Assembly (NCBI GenBank): GCA_002633005.1
Contig: NMRA01000571.1
Coordinates: forward strand, 16,180 to 80,179
Length of the DNA: 64,000 bases
Source of the DNA: Phoronis australis
Taxonomy: Eukaryota > Animalia > Phoronida
Direction: 5' to 3'
Below, piece by piece: positions 13,178-24,607 of the stretch. The notes beneath the pieces were generated by a model. The model saw only the letters and a list, made by a program, of their open reading frames with translations. It made no database searches and had not been told where the DNA came from. Position 1 is the first letter of the stretch; each line of letters opens with the position of its first letter. The position numbers and the translations under genes are program-made.

Positions 13178-13999
13178 GATGGAGGCAAGGGACTTGTTGC
13201 GCAAGTCCGCGCCATATCGTTGCTTAACAAGTTGGGGTAAACCTGGGTTGACCATCTGTAACCATAAGAACACAACAGTATTTTTGAGGGAGGGAGTCAT
13301 GTCTTCGTCGATATCGACAGCCTCGCCATGATGCGTTATGCCACACCCAACGGTGAGTAAGTTATCCTCAAAAAAGCAGTGACGCGCTGGAATAGGTCTT
13401 CAGGACGTTCATTTGGATCTACTGATATGAGTCCCAGGTCTAAGAAATGTGCTCTTGTGGAAGCGAATCCGAAATGTTGTCGGATTTTCTGCCAAATGTC
13501 CTGGACAGAGGTGGATGACTTCACGATAGAATTACGGGATATGACGGGACAAAAATTGCAATTTGTCCCAGCATGAGCTCTAAATGAGCCAGTTTCATGT
13601 GAGCAGAACGCCGCTGCGGTTCTGGAGTGTCATCGGGGTCGTCGGTAAGACCACGCAGTGGAGCAGCGCTGTCTTTTTTAGCCAACTAACGCCGTCGACA
13701 AGAAATGGCGCAAAGTGAGGGTCCAATGAAAGGATGTATAATAAATTCTGCCTCAAACTATCAAATGAAGTAATGGTCTCATTTTTAGTGAGCGGCCACT
13801 GTTTTGGAGCTTGGGTTGTAGCCATGTCGCAGCCACCACGCCAGATAAACTAGACAAAGAGTTGTAAGTTAACGAGTTTAATTCGCAGCCGACAACATAA
13901 CGAGGCGGAACCGGAAGGGCTCTCACCAAACACAGTCGTACGAATAAAAATGCAATGGCGGTAATTGAATTTATTGCCGCATGAGCCCGCTGTTCAACA
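13178..13999 (-). mobile_element. Gypsy-type LTR retrotransposon relic (putative 5' LTR plus frameshifted gag)
   Basis: [16 protein letters not shown]...[11 protein letters not shown] / [24 protein letters not shown]...RQHFGF...ERPEDLFQR / LVKQRYG.DLR over three frames; putative LTR starts TGTTGA at 13999 and runs to about 13845. Confidence 0.75.
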
Positions 14000-14256
14000 G
14001 TTCATTTTTAATTAAAATAGTAATGTACGCCCACTCACCAACGGCCAACAAAGAGTGGAAACGTTAATCCACGCCTCCCTTGCATTAACTCGGTGACACA
14101 TATGCGTGTGTTCACCATCGAATCAATCATCCGTGGCGTCACGTGATAACGGCCTGCCCAACTGGCCAATTAAATCCATAGACAGGGAAAATAAAACAGA
14201 ACCTCTTGCTGAAATTGCAGTTGACTCGCAAGACTCTCAACTGAACTGTAGTGAAA

Positions 14257-14685
14257 ATGTTCTCTTCTGCGGGTTTACGTGTAGAACTAAAGTTCTTGAT
14301 TCTCATCATGTTGCTCTGTCGTGTTTCATGTGGCCTCTGGCAAAAAGAACGAGACAGTCCACTGACTATGCATAACGACTTCCTCGTTTCGAGAATTCCT
14401 AGTAACCTGGGATCCAGACAGTTCTCGAAGAAATTATGGGATGGTGTTGAAGACCTGCTACAAGCTAAATACAGCGGAAATAGTCTTAACTCGATTATTG
14501 GCAAAAGAAAGCATTTTGAAGATCTGCATGATGCAAAAAGAAGTCAACGGATATTTAACACCAGTATAGGTAAAAGGACACACTTTGGAAGTCCACGAAA
14601 CGTTAACCCAACACTAAGAAATTACAATGTCGGCAAAAGAAGACATATAGAAGAGGCAGATAGCGGACAAGAGATGGAACAATAA
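14257..14685 (+). CDS. Neuropeptide-precursor-like ORF (signal peptide plus amidated peptides at GKR sites); likely truncated
   Basis: MFSSAGLRVELKFLILIMLLCRVSC/G hydrophobic leader; three Gly-Lys-Arg sites (LNSII-GKR, FNTSI-GKR, RNYNV-GKR) with spacers such as KHFEDLHDAKR. The ORF track starts at GTG 14251; the first ATG is 14257. Confidence 0.75.
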   Translation: MFSSAGLRVELKFLILIMLLCRVSCGLWQKERDSPLTMHNDFLVSRIPSNLGSRQFSKKLWDGVEDLLQAKYSGNSLNSIIGKRKHFEDLHDAKRSQRIFNTSIGKRTHFGSPRNVNPTLRNYNVGKRRHIEEADSGQEMEQ

Positions 14686-14876
14686 TGTCGGTAAAATGGT
14701 ATATGATGAAGGTCTAGAAAGTGCAAGAATCAGGCGAAAGGTATCAAAGTCTAATTGGTGAAAGAAGACAAGTCGAAGATCTTCAAGATGATGGTGGCGT
14801 TCATATCCCGATCCTGAAGTTGCAGAACGTCCACTCTGTGGATAGCCAGATGTTCAAACGCAATGAAGATATATGA
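14666..14876 (+). pseudogene. Frameshifted 3' continuation of the neuropeptide precursor
   Basis: +1 frame from 14666: DKR-WNNNV-GK(M). A further +1 frame from about 14736: ER-YQSLI-GERR-QVEDLQDD...FKRNEDI-TGA (14876). Same repeat unit as the upstream ORF. Confidence 0.65.
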
Positions 14877-15908
14877 AAAACTACTTCAAAAAAGGAAGCG
14901 GAAAGATAAAAGCGGATAACAAAAAAGCTTTCACCAGGTCGTCTGAAAGAGGTTTGACAATCACATTACTTCTGGTATACGGGACTGATGTTTGTGGGTA
15001 AAACTACGAGTTCGTTCGACTCTGATGTCCATGGTAAAAAGCAGAAAAACATCGCAATAGAATCGAATTAGGATGATGTTTCAGAGCACTTTTAACGAAA
15101 CGAATTTTTACGGCAAAAAATTGAAAACGGCAAAAGAGAATGGGACTCTTCAAAACAACTTCTATTGACATTTCGCAGACTTGCTTCAGTTGTGTTATGT
15201 TATCTTTTGTTTAAAGGATACCTTAACCGAATTTGATGTTTTTGTTCAAAATTGGTTTAGCCAGATAAAAGCTTATTCAGTTAAAAAAGTTAAATTTGTG
15301 TCAAAAAACGAACCTTGTAGTTCCCTGCACCTGTAACTTATTTAAAATTAACGTGTTTCGGGGTACCATGTTTACCTGTGTCAATCCTCGGTTAACTGTA
15401 GACAGGTGTTAAATGAGATAACAGAGAAAATGATACGAAACAACACATTGTGAAAAATAAAACATATCTTGCTTCATCACCATTTTAATGAAAGATCAAG
15501 ACAAATTCACTAAAAATAACTAATTTTCTACATCTTAACTTACCCAGTTAACGGGGCACTGGCGTTCTTACTGCGGAAAATTTCAATTTTGAATTATTCT
15601 TGAATGGTTAGATTTCTTAAAGTTATAAGCTTTGACCAGAGCTATAAGCTGTAAAAGTTTAGTCTATTGTGTTTCGTGATTTCATTACGAATCACCAGTT
15701 CTTTTCTTTGTCGGCCAGGCACTTTCCAGTTCTGCTATCCACTGAGTTGAATGCCGCGACGCGTCAGAATTTCTTGCTGAGGCTGATCTCGTCAAAATGA
15801 TTTTTATTGCCAGTAATGTCACTTTAAGTGTCATTCAAGCTTGTGCTTAGAAGACTTTGTTTTAATTTTTGTTACAAACTTCTGAAAGTTGACGAAGAGC
15901 GTTGTCAN

Positions 15909-16089
15909 GAGCCCCCCCCCCCCCTCCCCCATTTGGCGAAGTGTGCGTCAGAGAAAAAAGTCCAAAAAGTAGAAAATGAGATAAAAGTACACTGAAAAGG
16001 CAGGAATTTGGCGATTTTTTTTAGTAAAATGTCCACATTCTCAAAAGTTCGAGCCCCCTTCCCAATATTTTAGGTTGGATGCGCGCATG
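15909..16089. mobile_element. Partial inverted copy of the 24350-24607 MITE
   Basis: Reverse-complement similarity (aaaaggcaggaa..., end GGATGCGCGCATG); begins right after an N at 15908. Confidence 0.6.
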
Positions 16090-18297
16090 ACTGTATTGTC
16101 GCATGACTAAAACCGGAGATAGATTTTCAAGTTGTCTTTGACTATATTTTATGATGAACCGTGGTTTAAAATCTCAAACAGGTACTTGCCCCGAAACGAT
16201 CGCCAAGATATCACCTTGATGACCAGAATTTACACTGTAAGTCGTAAGATAGGAAAACGTGTCGATGCAACTCCAACACATGTTCCAGAGTCGTGACACG
16301 TTCTTCGTTTGTCCCAAGGGTCGGTAATAAATTTAGTTGCTTGTTCTTAAGACATGATGTTGGGACTGGCGAGACTCGACTCTGCTGTCCATTTAGGTCC
16401 ATATAGAATTGATTCGAGGGGCCTTCTCGGTCACCTTAACAATGCTATAAGGCGTTATTTTAACAGCCTTGTTGGAAACCCATGGGCAAAGTTCTGGACC
16501 CGCCACTGCAATTTAGTAAACGCAGTTACATCAAGAGTTTCCTAACAGAAATTATTATGTTTTCATTGTTTTAACGTAGACCGAGTCTTAAACCAATCAA
16601 AAGAAATTTGAAATCAAGAATTTTCCTAAATTAAAAACGTTAATGTGTTTTAATTTTTCTACGTCAACTTTTCTACGTGTAATTATAATAATAACATTAT
16701 ACGGTACGGCTATTGTGTTTGAGTACAACCAATGAAAATTATTCTCGAAAGTTATAATACATTGAGTTCTTTAAATTCAAAATACGATGCGTCGTAAGAG
16801 CGTCATTTAGGATAAAAACGTTCTTAAACTCGTTCAGGCAACTTGATGTCAACTTGAGCGGAAAGAGGATTTTCAAAAGGGTTGCACTGAGTTTGGTATG
16901 AGTTTTGACGACAGGAGTTCTCAACAAAGATTTCAACGTGACCCGAGGACCTTCGAATTTTAGTCTAGTTTCGGCATTTTCCAGACGATCCTTCGCAAAA
17001 CAAGTTTTTGTCGCATCAGCCATTGTTGCTCGTTCTTGAACATGATGCTTGCTCTGGACTGCTTTTCATTTCGTTGCAAAGTTTTGATCTTGGAGTTTGT
17101 CTCTACCCGTAGTAAATGTAACATTTTCTAAAATGAAACCTTGAAGTGCGAGGACAAACTTCATGATATTCATCATCGAAACACTTCTCACCTTACCAGT
17201 ATAATTAAAGCTAAGTGCAACTGCCTTTGGCACATTAAAGCAAAAAATTAAGCAATATATTTTTATTTCAAAGAGTATTTGACAAGTGTTATTTAATCTT
17301 GAACTTAAGAAAAGCAGGGAGTCCAAAATACGACAAAAACATATCAGTATGGGTAACGCGAGAACACTTCCAAATTCAACAAGCGCCCATCACTTCATTC
17401 ATGAGATGCTCATTTCTCGTTTCAGTCCGTTTTCTTAACAACACTTCTCAATTTAGTATCATATCACAAGCAGGACGAGACATATCTGTGAGCCTACTCG
17501 TGGGAGTAGATTACTAATACACACAATAACTTCATTAAAATAAAAAAATGTTGCGCTTTATTTCCTCAACCTAATCACTGTTCGTGTATGATTGATCGAG
17601 AGCAACTTCAATAGCCAGCAGTCAAATTAATTAACTAATTGACTAATTTCAATAAATGACATTTCGTACGTTCATGTACGTATGTTCATAAGGAGGAGCT
17701 TCAACGTCATATTAATTTCAAGTAGTTTAAATCACTGAGATACTAGTTAATATTCATTAATCAACTGAGAACACAGGGTGAGTATCGTCAGTCGAAAGAT
17801 ACTATTAAAGCATTTTGTAACTTTCAGCCCTGCTCGTGCGCACCTTAATTTAATATTGTTTTTTTTAGATTTTTTAAAAGTGGGTTGTCGCCGAAGCCTC
17901 TTTACTTACGGCGACAGCCGAGCGATTACCCATAATGCATGCGTCAGCTGTTACTACAGTAGCCATTTTACGTGGTGTTACAAAAATGAAAGTTAAACTA
18001 ACTAATTCATATTGAATTCGGTAAAATTTGAATTTATTTAGATTTGTACTGAATGACCATTATTTAGGCTTAGTTTTGTCTGACTAGCTTGCGTTGAAAT
18101 CACTTTTTTTTACCAAAATGAAGCGGAAAGAGCATATTATTTTAAGCTCGTCATTGTCAACTGTACAGAAACTTTCAGTTACTTTTAACTACCTGAACAA
18201 TACAAATTAAGAACGATTGCATGAAAATACCAGGAAGAGAACAAAATAAGCAAAATCATCGAAAACTTAACAGAGCAATACATGCGCGCACCATTGT

Positions 18298-18374
18298 CAT
18301 GGGCGGCGCAGCATTGAAATAAGTAGGGGGGCGGGGGGCTATAGCCCCCAGCCCCCTATGGTGCGCCTCCCATG
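18298..18374. mobile_element. 77-bp minimal MITE
   Basis: TIR CATGGGCGGCGCA / TGCGCCTCCCATG; flanks ATTGT/ATTAT. Confidence 0.65.
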
Positions 18375-20129
18375 ATTATGTATGTAGAACCGTAGATAAC
18401 TTCAGCAGACTTTTGCTAAGGTCAATTCGCGTTGTAATGTTACACGCTGAAATAGTGGAAGTACATTGATTTATGTTAAACTTTGATCTAGTTTATTTAT
18501 TTTCGACATTCTCCACGACATTGTTGATGAAAGACTCTTTCGATGTTGCTTGGTCGTTTGAATAACACCCCTGCAGTGGTAACTGATTTTACTTCAAGTC
18601 ATTCATATTTGGTATGGACACAGGTGTTAAAAAATTGTGCAACCACCCTGCTTATTTTTGATATCAGTAAGTGTTCCTGGGGAGTGTTTTTTAATGAATG
18701 TGATAAAATCAAAATATTTGTTATTAATGGTTTATTAGAAATCTCAAAGTGCACAATCCACATGCCATGTAGTTAATATAATTAACTTTGCTGTTATTTC
18801 TCAAACAAATTCCACGATCTTCCGAGAAAAGATCCAAATGCAGAGTCGGATGATAATTCGTGAATTATTTCGTGTATAGTTAGAAACACAATGAACGTTT
18901 CCTTCGCAAACACTTTAACAAAACATATTCAAAACCAGGTGCATTAAGTGATGGTCGGTAAACGTTTATAAAGTTACATTGAATATTTAAGTAGGGGAAC
19001 TCCTTTGCAGCACCAGTCCCGGTAATTATGTACATATGGTTGTAAGCCAGTCGACATCACGCTCTGTACAGAAATTTGAGAAAGTGTGTTTTAAGAAGAT
19101 GAAATGTCGCACAGGCAGAACAGGTCTGTGAAAAAAGGTTAAACGCACACTTTTTAACAGTATAACTACAATGATCATTCGCATACACGAGATCTCCGGG
19201 TTTGAATGAAGCGGTTTTTTGTAGTAATTTTGTTCGAATTTTTAGACAAAAGACGTCCAAACTTACACTGTCGTCTGCACACAACGTTACATTGCACACA
19301 GATTTCAAGAATTTCAAACAGTTAGTTCACAAAACATTTCATCAAAACATTATCACAAATATTTATTCAACCATCTGTTGGTTCAGGTGAGTTAAATTAG
19401 ATATCAAGATATCTGAACTCCTTCACATCACCTCTCATCTCCAGTACATACATGTACACCTGCCCTGGGCCTCATGTACAAATGGCTGTAGGACTTGAGA
19501 CATCACCTCACGTGGCGATCACGTGTGCACGTGCAGCGGTCAACAGAATTATGAACCAGTCACTGTCAGCTAGGAGAATGTGACCGAACTGATCCACACA
19601 CACACCGCGCGGTCCACACATTTCATCACTGACATGAATAATTTATGCTATTTTTATTATTCTGATTGGTGCACTATTTCAATGCAATTTAGCTTTTGTT
19701 TATAAACAATTTTTTTGAATTAAGGGTTCAAGATAATATGAAGCGGTCGCACCGAAAATTATTTTTTCACTTTGAAGACAAAAGTCTACATCACAGGAAA
19801 GGCATTGATGTCTGAAGTACAAAAATTGAAAAATTATCAAAATCAAATAGGTCATTCAAAAGTTATCGCCATTTATGTGTTAAATTTAGACTTTATTTTG
19901 GTCGGGTCGGCCATCTTGCAATGTCAGCGGCATAGGTTACGGGTTTAAAGTGCTTAATAAACATTACCGTCCTGTACAATCCAAGAATTTACACCAGTAT
20001 TTAATCACGCAGATGTATCTTATTGAATGGTTAAAATGCTCAAAATTCTCGTTATACAACATGGCGACTTATCTGAACTGAAAGGCATGTTTAACCGGTG
20101 ACATTGTCATCAATGAAGATTTAACTACT

Positions 20130-20221
20130 AAGTATACATTTGTGGTCACCTTGTTGCAAAAGTATACATTTGTGGTCACCTTGTTGCAAAAGTATACATT
20201 TGTGGTCACCTTGTTGCAAAA
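20130..20221 (+). repeat. Tandem repeat, 30-bp unit x3
   Basis: aagtatacatttgtggtcaccttgttgcaa, perfect copies. Confidence 0.95.
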
Positions 20222-22802
20222 AAAAAACAGTTTTGCGCAATTTTCCGGTGCCTGTGATATAGCTATCTATGATGAATCTTCTATTTATTTCAATGTGAAG
20301 TGCCCATGCAATAGACCTTGCACTCCGCTAAATTCTGTTGAAAATGTTTTGAAATCGTTATCTTGTTTGAAAGTCAACTTCCGTTCAATTTATGATTATG
20401 TGTCACAACAGGACTCATATTTTATGAATTTCATGGATAAATTGGGCTTTTGATTCATGTTTTGCAACCAGTTATTTTCGACTTCAAAATTATGTGAAAA
20501 ATCTTATACTTGATTTACAGAAATTGCTTACATTTGCATTTAAGAGTGAAGCTCATTCGAATTCTTCTGCCTCAAGGCTTCATATTATTTATAATATTGT
20601 CAAGTTCTAATTTCGCCTTTACTGTACTCAGTCGCCATGGTAACAGTCACGCATGTCTACTTTCATACTTAACGTGAGCTTGGTTCATTCTGTATTGCTG
20701 ACAATTTCCAAATACATTTTAAGTTACTTATTGTGGCAAAAGGCTGTTAGAATCATTTTAGTTTGCCTATTAATTTGCACTGAGATCACTTTAGCTACAA
20801 TAACACTTTGAAACCAGTGCGTCCAATATTTTTAAGAGATTTCATTTTTATATCTCATGGGAGCGTGACAAAAAGTGACAAAATCAGATTTGGGTGGAAT
20901 CGGTTAAATGATTAGTGTCATGTAAAAATGACAAAACTCAGATTAAAGTGACTTTACATATTGTATGTAATGATTATCAGGTAATGAGGTGGACGTTACC
21001 AGGGCGCAGCATCAGTTAGCGGCTGACGGAGGGGAGGGGGGCAGGCACAGGTTAGACATATGGATAGTTTCCAAAGTCACGCTAAAATTAAACTCACTGA
21101 CTGGAGTGGCTGCACGGGTTACAATTATTCGAAAACTTGCATGCAGATAATATTAGTTTTTGGCCACATTAGAAGATAGCAATTGAAAACAAAAAACGTG
21201 CTAGAGTGCAGCATGTAAACGACGTTTCGATATTAATCAAAATCATACTCAGGTACAATAGTAGACAGAAAACAAAATATCGTAACAGAATAGTAGATTA
21301 AATATTGAAACGTCGTTCTCAGATATGCATATGCCATAGTTTCCTCGATGAAATATTTTGGCCATATTTCATAAAATTTCACCAAAGAAATCTACATGTA
21401 GTTATAAAAACTTCCACCAGGAGGCAAACAGTAGTCGAAGTATCTAAAAAAGACGTCGGCTGATTTGATCACCATAGAAACATATTCTCAAAAATTAATG
21501 AAGCCCCTTGATGAGGTTTGATCTGTATCTGATGCAGCTGCTTACTGCGGGCAGTAAACTACAGTAAAATACATAATAGTATGTCTTTTCTATCGGCTGT
21601 TGCTTGAAAACAAACAAAAAGACCATTTTAAATTTTTTTTAGTCAGACAGAAAACTGGTGAAAAATATCACTGGAAACTACCAGCACCCCACAGCCCCTC
21701 AAAAATGGCAAGAATCAATTACACAATATTGGGCAAAATTTACCGAAGTTTGGCCCTCTTGTGAAGGTTAATGGAAACCACTTTGAAAATTCAAAGACTG
21801 TCTTATATTAGAGAGGTTTAATGTCTACAGAAACATTATAAAGATTTTGCCTTTCCCGTTCTTTTTAGCCATTTTAAAACAGCTTCACTAACTGAATCTT
21901 TTTGAAGCAAAAATGGGCAATTTTATGCCAAAATATATATGATGTTCTCACTTAAAAATTTCAAATAAGCATTTTGAACATATCCCACCAGGATGAATGT
22001 ACACACAATTTTTTTTCAAGATCTGAGTCAGTGACCCTAGAGTTGCCCTTTTGGTGCTCTCGTGGAATGACAGTTAAAGAGGCACTTCTCCCTGTGACTA
22101 ATATCGCGGAAAATCGCCGAAGTAGCGGTAGTCCTGTTACGCTCATAGGATTCCGTTATCAACTCGAGTCACTGCAATTTAAGGGTTGGCTAACCCTAAT
22201 AAACTCTGAAACCACGTTTTCCACAGTCACTGGTGGTATCGATGTTCTTTTTGGTAACGGAAATAGAATCCTGTTGTGGTAAGTAATATTTTAAGACTTT
22301 TTTAACCTAGTGGCCGACTTTTTGTTCAGCTATACGCAGATGGACAGCAATTTGGGACCAATTCTGCGGACTTGGTCAGTCAGGAGGTTTATAGCAGTCC
22401 ATTTCGAGTTTTTACATTCCACTAACCAAATTCAATGTTTAAAGTGGAAATAACGTACACGTAAACAAACTGCAGTCCGGTCTCTGGCAAGACCTGGAAA
22501 GCTCTATGTTCAAAAGAGACGTTATCATGACACCAGCTTGTTAAACTTCCAACGAAATTGAAGTTCCTTCAAAGCATTAAAAACAACAGTTGAGATTGTT
22601 TATGGAAACGTCTCATTGCAAAATATTTGACTCACTTATTCAAAATAAAAATCACCCCGGAAATGTGTGTCGATTGTTATATGCACCCTATTTTAGCGAT
22701 ACAAAACTGGCGTTCTCTTTGAGCAATTGTGAAGTTAGGCTTACTTAAACTATTTCGATCGACGCAAAAACATGTCCAAACACGTTTTCTAAACATTGCG
22801 AC

Positions 22803-22948
22803 CAGTGCTGTAGTGGTAAAATTAGAGGTAAGTAGGCGCTCAGAGCCCACCGCATCACCTTGAGCACTGACCGCAACTTACGGTGGGTAAACGCCACGTT
22901 CAAATGCCAAAAGGTGGTTGGCTACGCCTACGCCCCACTACAGCGCTG
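22803..22948. mobile_element. hAT-type MITE, 8-bp TSD
   Basis: TIR CAGTGCTGTAGTGG / CCACTACAGCGCTG; flanks ATTGCGAC/ATTGCAAC. Confidence 0.75.
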
Positions 22949-23337
22949 ATTGCAACCTTGCAGGGTGGAGCCCCAGTGGCGGATCTAGGATACCATAAGG
23001 GGGGGGGGGGCAACTTCCTCGGGCAAAGCGCGTTTGTATGTGCACAGGCGGCCCGAAAGTAGCGGGCCGAGGATGTAGACTTTCTGTTCAGAAAATCGAT
23101 CGGGTGCCGCGGGCATGGCATTTCTCACCACGGAAAAATATTACCCCAACCAGACGTTTCGCCTGTTGCTTCTACACTCTGCAGACCTGTACTATCCCAA
23201 TATCAAAATGAGAACACGACTACCGTCACAAAGATCGCAGATAAGACGGTCGCAGACACTTGGTTGGGTAAGTCGTGTATTTCACAAGAGCGAAGTGTCG
23301 CAACGTGAATTCGATCATTGACCGTAATCACTATAAA

Positions 23338-24259
23338 CTCAAAACCAATACCCCCAATAAAAGAGTAAAGCCCAATGCTACGGGGCAAATTATCCCAGAT
23401 AAAAAGGTCTACCCGCTGCATTGGTCGACCTTTTCCCAACTACTTAGTTCAGTGATAAGTCCACAGTAAGCGATTTAGACATGAAAATTTATTAGCATAA
23501 TAAATATAAAACAAGTTCACAATGATAAGGAATGTACAGTCACTTGGAAAAGACCAACGATACATATGGAGTGGGATTAATTTGAAAAATATGACACTGT
23601 TACATCACTCAAAGAAAATAGTTTCTCCAACCTACATGAAGAACAAGTCTCATAATAACGAGTAGGTTAACAATATGCGCAAGTTGGCCAGAAAACATTT
23701 TTCCAGAGTACGGGACATAGTGTGTGGGTGCTCGGAGAAAATGGGAGTTCCGAATTGCGGAACCTTAGGACTCTTACAAGTTACACTGGACAATAANCTC
23801 AAAACCAATACCCCCAATAAAAGAGTAAAGCCCAATGCTACGGGGCAAATTATCCCAGATAAAAAGGTCTACCCGCTGCGTTGGTCGACCTTTTCCCAAC
23901 TACTTAGTTCAGTGATAAGTCCACAGTAAGCTATTTAGACATGAAAATTTATTAGCATAATAAATATAAAACAAGTTCACAATGATAAGGAATGTACAGT
24001 CACTTGGAAAAGACCAACGATACATATGGAGTGGGATTAATTTGAAAAATATGACACTGTTACATCACTCAAAGAAAATAGTTTCTCCAACCTACATGAA
24101 GAACAAGTCTCATAATAATGAGTAGGTTAACAATATGCGCAAGTTGGCCAGAAAACATTTTTCCAGAGTACGGGACATAGTGTGTGGGTGCTCGGAGAAA
24201 ATGGGAGTTCCGAATTGCGGAACCTTAGAAGGACTCTTACAAGTTACACTGGACAATAA
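23338..24259 (+). repeat. 460-bp near-identical tandem duplication separated by a single N
   Basis: 23338-23796 and 23798-24259 differ at only a few positions; N at 23797. Confidence 0.9.
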
Positions 24260-24349
24260 CCGACGCACTAGGTAATAGGAACGACCCCAAGCTTCATCTT
24301 TGGATGTAGATTGGGGATAAAGAACCCAACAGCCAAGGTAATACACCTG

Positions 24350-24607
24350 CATGCGCGCACCCACCCTAAAAATGGGGGGATCGAATTTTCGGGAATGTGG
24401 ACCTTTTACTAAGATTCACGGTACGGTACGTTCAGGGCGAAGAATTGCGCATTTGCCAAATTTTGGTAGTTCCTGCCTTTTAAGTGGACTTTTGTCTCGT
24501 TTTTTTTACTTTTTTGGAATTTTTGTTTCTCTGAGGTGGACCTTTTGCCCACTTTGCTAAATGTCCGTTGGAGACCCCTGAGCCTCCCCTCCCTGGGTGC
24601 GCCCATG
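24350..24607. mobile_element. MITE (CATGCGCGCACCCA/TGGGTGCGCCCATG TIRs)
   Basis: Flanks ACCTG/AACTG; an inverted partial copy lies at about 15909-16089. Confidence 0.7.

Noticed and set aside
14106-14504. ORFs overlapping the neuropeptide ORF (14106-14375 +, 14139-14504 -)
   Set aside because: Alternative-frame shadows with no recognisable features
17066-17068. TGA as a selenocysteine codon
   Set aside because: No redox-like context around the codon and no SECIS element recognised downstream
23338-24259. 460-bp tandem duplication as a real copy-number event
   Set aside because: The copies are almost identical and are separated by a single N, typical of unmerged overlapping contig ends or haplotypes; read depth would be needed to accept it
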